DNA of 64,000 nucleotides, taken from the NCBI GenBank assembly GCA_964431835.1, contig CAYSKO010000001.1, positions 137,743-201,742 of the forward strand, read 5' to 3'. The translations under genes were made by a program, and so were the position numbers. This stretch comes from an uncultured Planctomycetia bacterium (GTDB lineage: Bacteria; Omnitrophota; Gorgyraeia; 2-02-FULL-51-18). The notes under the pieces are model-generated. The model saw nothing but the letters and a program-made list of their open reading frames with translations. It did no database searches and had not been told where the DNA came from. Every line of letters starts with the position of its first letter. Position 1 is the first letter of the stretch. This document shows, piece by piece, positions 56,543-64,000 of this stretch.

Positions 56543-58359
56543 CGATGCCACGCGGCGGCGCTTACGCGTCCTTTCTCCGTTCGCCCGCGGCGCGCCAGTG
56601 GAAGCGCGTCGGCGCGAGGCGCCGTTCGGCCGTCGCGACGCCCCTTTTTTCTATCCGCTCCGAAGCGAGCGTCGGCGTGGGGGAGCTTCCGGATCTCAAA
56701 CTCCTGGCGGATTGGTGCGGTAAAACGGGAATTGGGATCATCCAGCTTCTACCGATGAACGACATCGGTTTTTCGTTTCGTCCGTACGACGCGGAAAGCT
56801 CGTTCGCCCTCGAACCGATGCATCTTTCGCCCGAATCGATCGCCGGAGTCCCGCGCGGCCGCTTCGAACGCGAGATCGCCGCGCTTCGCAAACGCTTTCC
56901 CGCCCAGCGCCGCTTCGACGTTTCCGTGAAGCGCGCCAAACTCGAGCTTTTCGCCCGCATCCACGAAGCCTTTCCTTCCGACGACTCCGCCGATTTCCAG
57001 CGTTTCCGCCAGAATAATACGGCGTGGCTCGATCCCTACGTCGCTTACCGCCTCTTGAAGGAAAAAATGAACGACGAAAGCTGGGAGCGCTGGCCCGCGG
57101 CTTACCGTGATCCCGCCGCCGGGAGTTCGGTCGAAAGCGAGAACCCCCGCCGCGCGGCGTTTCACCGCTGGCTCCAGTGGCAGCTTTTCCTCCAGCTCGC
57201 CGACGCTCGCCGCCACGCGAACGCGCGGGGCGTTCTCCTCATGGGAGACCTGCCGCTCCTGGTCTCGCGCGACTCCGCCGACGTCTGGGCGGAGCCCGCG
57301 GCTTTCAAGCTCGACCTCGCGGCCGGCGCGCCGCCGGACCTGTGTTTCGCGGGCGGTCAGAAATGGGGAATGCCGCCGTACGACTGGAGCCGCATCGAAT
57401 CGGACGATTACGGTTATCTCGTGCGGAAGCTGCAATACGCCGAGAATTTCTACGACCTTTTTCGTATCGATCACTTCGTGGGGCTCTTCCGCATCTGGTC
57501 GATTCCCAAGGACGCCTCGGGCGCGGAAGGATTCTTCGATCCTCCGGACGAGAGCGTCTGGGAGGAGCACGGACGGAAAATTGTCTCGACGGCGCTCGAC
57601 CGGACCGAGATGCTTCCGTGCGCCGAGGATCTGGGCACGGTGCCCGAATGTTCGTTCAAGATCCTGCGTGAGTTTGGGCTACCCGGCATGGACGTCCAGC
57701 GCTGGACGAAGACGGGCTGGGAGACGTACGACTTCCGCGCTCCCACCGCCTACCGCCTGAACTCCATGGCGACGTTGTCCACGCACGACCTCACGTCCTT
57801 CCGCGCGTGGTGGGAGTTCGAGGCGGGCACGGTCGACGCGATCGTGTTCGAGGCGAAATGCCGCAACCGCGACATCGACCCGCAATGGGCGCGCGAGCGT
57901 CTCTTCGACGAATCGCGCTCGGCGTACGGCCGCCTGCGCTGGAAAGCCGAGCTCCGCGATCCGGACGTGATTCCCGGCCTCCTACACCGCACCGAAAACG
58001 AAACGGGCGAAGTCGTGGATCTTTTCCGCTCGACGTTCGACGAGCGCGAGAAATTCTGGCGTTTTGCCGGACTTCCCGGAGATTTCGAAGGGCTCATGAG
58101 GCCCGCGCTCGCCGCCGCCGCGCTCCTGCGCTTGAACGAGGCAAGCTCCGTTTTCTCGAGCGCGCTCCTCCAAGACTGGCTATCGCTCGGCGACGCGCTC
58201 GCGGCTGAAGATCCCTGGAGCTTCCGGATCAATTTCCCGGGAACGGCCGACGCCGCGAACTGGCGGATGGTCCTGCCGCTCACTCTCGAAGAAATGCTCG
58301 ACCTGCCGATCAATTCCGAAATCCTAAAAATCAATCGAGCGACCAAGCGCGTTTCCTAA
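56539..58359 (+). CDS. malQ: 4-alpha-glucanotransferase (amylomaltase, GH77)
   Basis: LPMNDIG, RIDHFVG, GEDLG motifs. Confidence 0.85.
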   Translation: MTMPRGGAYASFLRSPAARQWKRVGARRRSAVATPLFSIRSEASVGVGELPDLKLLADWCGKTGIGIIQLLPMNDIGFSFRPYDAESSFALEPMHLSPESIAGVPRGRFEREIAALRKRFPAQRRFDVSVKRAKLELFARIHEAFPSDDSADFQRFRQNNTAWLDPYVAYRLLKEKMNDESWERWPAAYRDPAAGSSVESENPRRAAFHRWLQWQLFLQLADARRHANARGVLLMGDLPLLVSRDSADVWAEPAAFKLDLAAGAPPDLCFAGGQKWGMPPYDWSRIESDDYGYLVRKLQYAENFYDLFRIDHFVGLFRIWSIPKDASGAEGFFDPPDESVWEEHGRKIVSTALDRTEMLPCAEDLGTVPECSFKILREFGLPGMDVQRWTKTGWETYDFRAPTAYRLNSMATLSTHDLTSFRAWWEFEAGTVDAIVFEAKCRNRDIDPQWARERLFDESRSAYGRLRWKAELRDPDVIPGLLHRTENETGEVVDLFRSTFDEREKFWRFAGLPGDFEGLMRPALAAAALLRLNEASSVFSSALLQDWLSLGDALAAEDPWSFRINFPGTADAANWRMVLPLTLEEMLDLPINSEILKINRATKRVS

Positions 58360-58374
58360 ACCTCCTCGTAACGT

Positions 58375-59208
58375 GTGGTATACTCGAAAGATATGAACGA
58401 AGAGGCCCTGCGGCGTGAACTGGAAGAGACGAAGAAGGCGCTGAACGACACGCGTGACGAGCTGGCCGCGCACGAAGGTCTCGTCCGTGTGGCGATGGAC
58501 GACATGCGCCGTATCTACGACGATTTTTTAGCGACTCAGACCCACCTGCACCACTCCGACAAACTCGCCACCGTCGGTCTTCTCACGGCCGGCATTGTTC
58601 ACGAGATCAATAACCCGCTCACCATCGTGCACGGCAACCTGACGCTTCTGCGCGACTCCGCGCTTTCGACCGAACAGGCCGAGCGGGTCGCGGATTCGAT
58701 CGAGGCGATCGAACGCATCATGGCGATTGTACGCGACATCCGCACGTTCTCCCGAACCGACAAGGGCGAGAGCGCTCCGCGGAATCTTAACGACGTTGTC
58801 GAGAGCGTCATCCGCCTGGTCACAAGCCAGATCAAGCACAAGGCCGCCACCGAGAGCACGTTCGGGAATTTGCCTCCGGTGAAGTGCAACGCTCAGCAGC
58901 TCTCGCAGGTCTTTCTGAATCTCCTCGTGAACGCCGCGCAGGCCATCCGGGACAGCGGCACGATCCGCGTGACCACGCGCGTCGAGGGCGCCCATGCCGC
59001 CGTCGACATCGCCGACGACGGCTGCGGCATGACGCCCGAGGTCAAGGCCCGGCTCTTCGAACCGTTCTTCACCACGAAGCCCGCGGAGCAGGGGACCGGG
59101 ATGGGTCTCATGATCTCCGCCGACATCGTCAAGCGGCACGGCGGCGAAATCCGCGTCGAAAGTACGCCCGGAAAGGGAACCGTCTTTACGGTACTCCTTC
59201 CGCTCTGA
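58375..59208 (+). CDS. Cytoplasmic sensor histidine kinase (HisKA plus HATPase_c)
   Basis: H-box SDKLATVGLLTAGIVHEINNPL, with N, G1 and G2 boxes. The true start is probably the ATG about 58393, 7 nt after the extended -10 TGTGGTATACT. Confidence 0.75.
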   Translation: MVYSKDMNEEALRRELEETKKALNDTRDELAAHEGLVRVAMDDMRRIYDDFLATQTHLHHSDKLATVGLLTAGIVHEINNPLTIVHGNLTLLRDSALSTEQAERVADSIEAIERIMAIVRDIRTFSRTDKGESAPRNLNDVVESVIRLVTSQIKHKAATESTFGNLPPVKCNAQQLSQVFLNLLVNAAQAIRDSGTIRVTTRVEGAHAAVDIADDGCGMTPEVKARLFEPFFTTKPAEQGTGMGLMISADIVKRHGGEIRVESTPGKGTVFTVLLPL

Positions 59209-59254
59209 CGCAAAGCGCTCCCCGCGCGCCGCGCTTTGTGTTAAAATCCACTCG

Positions 59255-62020
59255 ATGACCATCGCCCAATCTCGCAAAGAACGAACCGACAAAAAAGAAG
59301 ACACGCTCGCTCCGCTCAAAAAGGACGTCCGTTTCCTGACGACGCTCCTAGGCGACGTCATCCGCGAGCGCGAGGGTGACAAACTCTTCCAGAAGATCGA
59401 GTCCATCCGGAACCTCGCCAAAAACGTCCGCCGCGAGTCGACCTCCGAATGGATAGCGGAGCAGAGGCGGCTCGTGCGTTCGTTCACGCCCGAAGAGGCG
59501 TTCAAGGTCGCGCGCGCTTTCACGATCCATTTTCAGCTCGTCAACATCGCCGAGGAAATGCACCGCGTCCGCCGCCTACGCGAATACGCGAAGGATCCGT
59601 CCCGTCCCCCCGAGATGTCCCTGCGCAAGCTGTTCCAGGATTTGAAGAAGGAGGGCCTCACCGCCGCCGAGGTCCGCCAATTCTTCTCGCGCATGGAAGT
59701 CGAACTCGTCCTCACCGCGCACCCCACCGAGGCGAAACGCCGCACTGTGCTCGATCATCTGCTTCGAATCGCCGGCCAGCTGCCGCTTTTCGGGGACTCG
59801 GACCTCACGGTGCGCGAGAACGATGAGATTTGCGAGAACATCAAGGAATCGCTCGAGATCCTCTGGCAGACCGCCGAGATCCGCCAGCGCAAGGTCGAGG
59901 TGATCGACGAAGTCTCCCAGACGCTCTTTTATTTCCAGCGCACGATCCTCGCGCTTCTGCCGGACCTCCAGCGGAACGCGCGCCGGGAGTTCCGCCGCGC
60001 CTTCGGCGAGGAAGGCGATCTTCCGCCGTTCGTCGCGTTCGGCTCGTGGGTCGGGGCGGACCGCGACGGTAATCCGAACGTCACCTGCGACGTGACCCGG
60101 CAGGCCGCGGGCATGCAGCAGGAGCTGATCTTTAAGAATTACCTCTCCGCGATCGAAAGCTGCATCCTGCGTTTCAGCCAGTCGCAGGACATCGCGCCCG
60201 TCTCCAAGCGCCTGCTCGAATCGATCGAAGCCGACCAGCGGCAGATGCCCGAAGAAGCCCGCGTCCTCCGCCGTTTCGAGTCGAACGAAGTGTATCGCCG
60301 TAAATTTTCCTTCATCCACCAGAGGCTCCTGAATTCGCTGGCCAACCGTTCGTCCAAAAAGCGTCTGCCCGGCTACGCCTCAGCCGAAGATTTCCTAGCC
60401 GATCTCGAGATCGTTCGCGAGAGCCTTGCTTCCAACGGAGGAGAGCTCGCCGCGCGCGAGCTCGGCCGGCTGACGGACCAGGTCCGTTCATTCGGGTTTC
60501 ATCTGGCCAGGCTCGATTTCCGCGACCACGCCAAGAAAGTGAACAAGGCCATGGCCGAACTCTTCCCTGGAGAGAACATCGACGAGGATTTCCTCGTGAA
60601 GAAAATCCTCTCGTCCGCGCCGCTTCCGCTCGGAGCGAAGCTTTCCGCCGAGTCGAAGGATATCCTCGACCAGCTCGAGACCATGCGCGAACTGCAGGAC
60701 CGCCGCGACGCGCGCTTCGCGGACGACTACATCTTGAGCATGACCGAATCGCCGAACGATCTTTTGGCGCTCTTCTACCTCGCGGCCCGGAAGGGCCTCA
60801 TCCGCGTGTCGAAGGGGAAGGTGGTCGAAGCGCGCGTGGGCATCGTCCCGCTTTTTGAAACCATCGGCTCGCTCGGTCGCGCGCGTGGCATCATGGAAAA
60901 GCTCTACGCGATACCGGTCTACAAGTCCTACCTCAAAGCGCGCGGCAATTCGCAGGAAGTCATGCTCGGTTATTCCGACAGCTCGAAGGACGGCGGTTAT
61001 CTCTCGGCTAATTGGAAACTCTACCTCGCCCAGAAGGATCTCGCGCGTTCCGCCGAGTCGCTCGGAATCCGACTCGAACTTTTCCACGGCAAGGGCGGTT
61101 CGATCGACCGCGGCGGCGGGGAATCGCACCGCGCGATTTTGGCCCAGCCGTATTCCGCCGCCGCCGGCCGCCTCAAGATCACCGAGCAGGGAGAGGTGAT
61201 CGCCCAGAAATACGCCAATCCCGTAATCGCCGAGCGCAACATCGAGCAGCTCGTCTCGGCCGTCGCCTGGACGAATCTCGTTTCGCGGCGTGAAGTCGAG
61301 AAGAACAAAAAATTACCGGTGTGGGAGAGCCGTCTCGAGGCGCTTTCCGAGCACTCGTTCACTTTTTACCGCGAACTCGTTTTTGGCACTCCCGGCTTCC
61401 TCGAGTTCTATTACCAAGCCACCCCGATCGGAGTCATGCAGATGACGAAGATCGGTTCACGGCCCGCAACCCGCGGCGGCAAGAAAGGCTTCGAAGACCT
61501 ACGCGCGATCCCGTGGGTTTTCAGCTGGATCCAGTCACGTTACATCATCTCCGCCTGGTACGGCATGGGCCACGCGCTCGAGGAATACGTGCGCGAGCGG
61601 GGGGAGTCCGCGATGGCGGAGCTGTGCGAGATGTACGAGGAGTGGCCGTTCTTCCGCTCACTCGTCCACAACGTCCAGACGTCTCTGGCGAAAACGGATC
61701 TCTCCATCGCCGCACAGTACACGGAACTGGTCGAGGACGCGGCTCTCCGGAAAACGATCCACGGACGCATCGCTGCCGAACACAAGCGTGCGGTGGAACA
61801 GGTTTTACGCGTTTCCTCCCAAAAAGAGCTCCTGGATTTCAACCGGACCCTGAAGGATTCTATCCGTCTCCGGAATCCCTATATCGACCCCCTCCACTAC
61901 CTTCAGATGCGCTGCTTGGCCGAAGTCCGGGCCGACGGCGCCCGCCCGGAATCGCTCCTCGAAGAGACCCTCCTTCTGACCGTAAACGGTATCGCCTTTG
62001 GAATGAAAAGCACCGGCTGA
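59255..62020 (+). CDS. ppc: Phosphoenolpyruvate carboxylase
   Basis: 921 aa. VLTAHPTE and GRGGSIDRGGG signatures. Confidence 0.9.
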   Translation: MTIAQSRKERTDKKEDTLAPLKKDVRFLTTLLGDVIREREGDKLFQKIESIRNLAKNVRRESTSEWIAEQRRLVRSFTPEEAFKVARAFTIHFQLVNIAEEMHRVRRLREYAKDPSRPPEMSLRKLFQDLKKEGLTAAEVRQFFSRMEVELVLTAHPTEAKRRTVLDHLLRIAGQLPLFGDSDLTVRENDEICENIKESLEILWQTAEIRQRKVEVIDEVSQTLFYFQRTILALLPDLQRNARREFRRAFGEEGDLPPFVAFGSWVGADRDGNPNVTCDVTRQAAGMQQELIFKNYLSAIESCILRFSQSQDIAPVSKRLLESIEADQRQMPEEARVLRRFESNEVYRRKFSFIHQRLLNSLANRSSKKRLPGYASAEDFLADLEIVRESLASNGGELAARELGRLTDQVRSFGFHLARLDFRDHAKKVNKAMAELFPGENIDEDFLVKKILSSAPLPLGAKLSAESKDILDQLETMRELQDRRDARFADDYILSMTESPNDLLALFYLAARKGLIRVSKGKVVEARVGIVPLFETIGSLGRARGIMEKLYAIPVYKSYLKARGNSQEVMLGYSDSSKDGGYLSANWKLYLAQKDLARSAESLGIRLELFHGKGGSIDRGGGESHRAILAQPYSAAAGRLKITEQGEVIAQKYANPVIAERNIEQLVSAVAWTNLVSRREVEKNKKLPVWESRLEALSEHSFTFYRELVFGTPGFLEFYYQATPIGVMQMTKIGSRPATRGGKKGFEDLRAIPWVFSWIQSRYIISAWYGMGHALEEYVRERGESAMAELCEMYEEWPFFRSLVHNVQTSLAKTDLSIAAQYTELVEDAALRKTIHGRIAAEHKRAVEQVLRVSSQKELLDFNRTLKDSIRLRNPYIDPLHYLQMRCLAEVRADGARPESLLEETLLLTVNGIAFGMKSTG

Positions 62021-62107
62021 AATTGCCGATTTACGCCCGCCTTTAAGCGTTGTATATTTAGCTGCTGTCTTAAGTTAGGGGGGATAGCCACTCATCAAGG
62101 AGGCATC

Positions 62108-62722
62108 ATGAAACGTACGGCAATGATCACCATGCTCTCGCTTTTCCTCGGCGCGTCTGCGTACGCCGAAACCATCGTGACGACGGACTCCGGTTCGAGC
62201 GTCGCGTACGACCGCGTCGGTCGCGTCGACTGGGGTATCCTGGGCGGCGGCGCGTTCAACGACACGATCGACGAGGCCGGCTACGTGCAGACCAGCGTTT
62301 CCTACGGCGTCACGCCGTGGATCGCGATCGGCGTGGAAGGCGGCTGGCAGCAGGCGGACGGCGCGGCGTCTCACGAAGAAACGGGTATCGTTCAGGTCAT
62401 GGGCGACATCATCGTCCGCGTCCCTGAGCACCCGTTCCACGAAGCACTCGTTCCGTACGGCGTGCTCGGTCTCGGCGTCATCGGTGTTTACACCGAAGCG
62501 GAGCCGACTGCCACGACGCAGAACGGCGACGATGCGGACGACACCGTGTTCGGCTGGAAGCTCGGCGCCGGTTTCGACTGGTTCCTCAACCAGAACTGGG
62601 CGATCAACTTCGAAGTCGCTTATTTCGACTCCTCGGAGCTCGATCTTGCTCCGACGTCGATGGGCAACAATGCCGAAATCGACTTCTGGACGGTCGGCGG
62701 CGGTCTGAAGTGGGTTTGGTAA
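62108..62722 (+). CDS. Outer-membrane beta-barrel protein (OmpW/OmpA-like)
   Basis: Signal peptide. Alternating beta pattern. C-terminal GGGLKWVW. Confidence 0.6.
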   Translation: MKRTAMITMLSLFLGASAYAETIVTTDSGSSVAYDRVGRVDWGILGGGAFNDTIDEAGYVQTSVSYGVTPWIAIGVEGGWQQADGAASHEETGIVQVMGDIIVRVPEHPFHEALVPYGVLGLGVIGVYTEAEPTATTQNGDDADDTVFGWKLGAGFDWFLNQNWAINFEVAYFDSSELDLAPTSMGNNAEIDFWTVGGGLKWVW

Positions 62723-62737
62723 AGTAAGATTTAAAAA

Positions 62738-62776
62738 AGAAACCCCCGGAGGGAAACCTCCGGGGGTTTTTTATTT
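62738..62776. terminator. Bidirectional rho-independent terminator
   Basis: AAACCCCCGGAGG-gaaa-CCTCCGGGGGTTT flanked by T/A runs. It lies between convergent genes. Confidence 0.75.
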
Positions 62777-62785
62777 CTCCGCGCG

Positions 62786-62998
62786 TCAGCCCGGGCGCCG
62801 CCGGGGATCTTCGAGCAGGTAGCGCACTTCAGTTTCCGTCGCACCGAATTCGCGGGCCGTGGTGACGAATTCCGCGCAGTTTTCGTATCGTTCCTTCTGA
62901 AGCGCTTCCCGCAAGTACAAGAGCGCCGTAAGCCCAAGCGGGTGGCGCGTATTCCGTGCCGGGCGAGGGGAGTCGGCGTTCGGAGCCGTCTTCAACAT
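62786..62998 (-). CDS. Hypothetical small protein (70 aa)
   Basis: Minus-strand SD AAAGGAGG 8 nt upstream of the ATG. Ends at the shared terminator. Confidence 0.5.
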   Translation of the reverse strand: MLKTAPNADSPRPARNTRHPLGLTALLYLREALQKERYENCAEFVTTAREFGATETEVRYLLEDPRRRPG

Positions 62999-63035
62999 GT
63001 TCGTTCCTCCTTTTTATTCGTTTAAATATACCCCA

Positions 63036-63066
63036 ACAAAAAAACCCACTGCCTACAGGCAATGGG
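63036..63066 (-). terminator. Minus-strand intrinsic terminator/attenuator just upstream of the 62998 start
   Basis: On the minus strand: CCCATTGCC-tgtag-GGCAGTGGG + T7. Confidence 0.6.
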
Positions 63067-63094
63067 TCGTCGGAACTCCTTATGGGAACGAAAC

Positions 63095-63226
63095 CTAAAC
63101 TGCTACGTTCCCCTCCCGACCCACCGCCTTGCGCGACTTTCGCGCAATCAGAGCACAGCCCATCCACACCGGCGTTCCGGCGCGATACGCGAGTACTTCA
63201 TGATGGATCGTGAAATAGGATTTCAT
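63095..63226 (-). CDS. Candidate 43-aa leader ORF between the minus-strand promoter and the terminator
   Basis: ATG about 10 nt after the predicted TSS. Followed by hairpin GGGAACG...CGTTCCC and the terminator. Confidence 0.25.
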   Translation of the reverse strand: MKSYFTIHHEVLAYRAGTPVWMGCALIARKSRKAVGREGNVAV

Positions 63227-63240
63227 TTTTTACCTGAATT

Positions 63241-63269
63241 ATTTTATCACGCCGCGGCCGGTCGTTCAA
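63241..63269 (-). promoter_or_regulatory. Minus-strand promoter TTGAAC-17-TAAAAT
   Basis: Read on the minus strand. Canonical spacing. Confidence 0.45.
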
Positions 63270-63351
63270 GCGAGTTTTAGGACCGTCGTTTTTGCGCGTT
63301 GACTCACGGGGAACGTAACCGGACGCTGCACACGTCGTCCCGGCCGGGTGC

Positions 63352-63380
63352 TTGACAGACGCGCCCGCGCCGCTTATGCT
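63352..63380 (+). promoter_or_regulatory. Promoter TTGACA-17-TATGCT, 6 nt before the ATG at 63387 (leaderless)
   Basis: Consensus -35 and 17-nt spacer. Confidence 0.55.
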
Positions 63381-63386
63381 CGCCGA

Positions 63387-63977
63387 ATGACTCTTAAGCC
63401 GTCCGTCCGCCGACCTTTGTTTTCCGCGCTCCATCTCGTGACGCTGGGTGTCGCCGCCGTCGCCGCAGCCACGTTCGCTTTCGCACCGAAATCCCGTGCG
63501 GACCTTCCCGTGTATGGCCAGATCCCCGATTTCGCGCTCACTGGACACGATGGCGGGCCGCTCACGACCTCCTCGCTGGAAGGGAAGCCGTGGATCGGGG
63601 ATTTCATTTTCACCGGATGCCAAGGCCAATGCCTCGTGATGAACGAGCAAGTCGCGGGCCTGCGGGACGAGCTTTCCGGTGTGCGCTTCGTTTCGTTCAC
63701 CGCCGATCCGGAGCGTGATACCCCCGAAGTCCTCGCGCGTTACGCCGGGAAATACGGTGCGGACGTCGCCCGCTGGACGTTCGCGACGGGCCCGCGCGGG
63801 GAGCTCGACCGCGTCTCCGCGGCGCTCAAATTCGGACGTCTCGGGGATCCGCTCTTCCACAGCACGCGCCTCGTTCTCGTGGACGCCGCCGGCCGTGTGA
63901 GAGGGTATTACGATTCGAACGAACCTTCCGAGATCGACCGCCTCAAATCCCACGCTCGCTCGCTTGCCTCCTCCTAA
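63387..63977 (+). CDS. SCO1/SenC family thioredoxin-like copper chaperone
   Basis: TM anchor. CQGQC (CxxxC) and the downstream His region. The track start at 63348 overlaps the -35. Confidence 0.75.
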   Translation: MTLKPSVRRPLFSALHLVTLGVAAVAAATFAFAPKSRADLPVYGQIPDFALTGHDGGPLTTSSLEGKPWIGDFIFTGCQGQCLVMNEQVAGLRDELSGVRFVSFTADPERDTPEVLARYAGKYGADVARWTFATGPRGELDRVSAALKFGRLGDPLFHSTRLVLVDAAGRVRGYYDSNEPSEIDRLKSHARSLASS

Positions 63978-64000
63978 AGAAAACCCCCGTTCGTTTTTTT

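Noticed and set aside
58318-58378. An apparent extra A (ccgaaaatcc) near 58320 in my reading. It would shift the malQ C-terminus and the kinase start by 1 nt.
   Set aside because: Two independent track ORFs on opposite strands imply three A's and in-frame proteins, so this is most likely my miscount. I kept the track coordinates. Derived coordinates in this area may be off by 1.
63198-63953. 251-aa minus-strand ORF.
   Set aside because: Antisense to the SCO1/SenC gene, which has the CxxxC motif and a perfect promoter.
1-64000. Mobile elements, CRISPR arrays, rRNA and tRNA genes.
   Set aside because: No transposase, integrase or recombinase homologs. No regularly spaced direct repeats with unique spacers. 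No rRNA or tRNA signatures seen.

Overview
This 64 kb window is a high-GC (about 65%) bacterial chromosomal segment. It is gene-dense and almost entirely co-directional, with roughly 65 credible CDS on the + strand and 7 on the - strand. I saw no rRNA, tRNA, CRISPR, transposase or integrase, so it reads as core chromosome rather than an island. Antisense ORFs longer than 100 aa are frequent and are treated as GC artefacts.

Recognisable genes include a GH15 glucoamylase/trehalase-like hydrolase, uup (ABC-F), katE (HPII catalase), ogt, glpX, moeA (interrupted by a 1-nt frameshift), an RluA-family pseudouridine synthase, tex, rlmH, leuC and leuD, malQ, ppc, an AI-2E transporter, a PQQ-type sugar dehydrogenase and SCO1/SenC. 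Signalling genes are numerous: four stand-alone receiver proteins, a REC-PAS regulator, a CHASE-GAF-GGDEF cyclase, a HisKA kinase and a GAF-ANTAR protein. The rest is largely small secreted, lipoprotein or Cys-rich hypotheticals.

The most striking unexplained structure is a recurrent AT-rich intergenic module of about 50-70 bp, present in at least 15 copies. It consists of TAATCC-like hexamers phased every 11 bp, starting at or within the upstream stop codon and usually ending in a TATACT-like -10 box.

Other leads are:
- a tandem pair of divergent PII-like genes behind a GAF-ANTAR gene and in front of moeA;
- a Cheo/LexA-type palindrome (GAAC-N4-GTTC) inside a perfect promoter of a SplB-like radical-SAM repair gene;
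- pervasive leaderless promoters, with the -10 box 5-7 nt from the start codon;
- a minus-strand promoter, 43-aa uORF and intrinsic-terminator attenuator ahead of a 70-aa gene;
- three tandem mini-lipoprotein genes;
- an AlkP-like/EEP phosphoesterase fusion.
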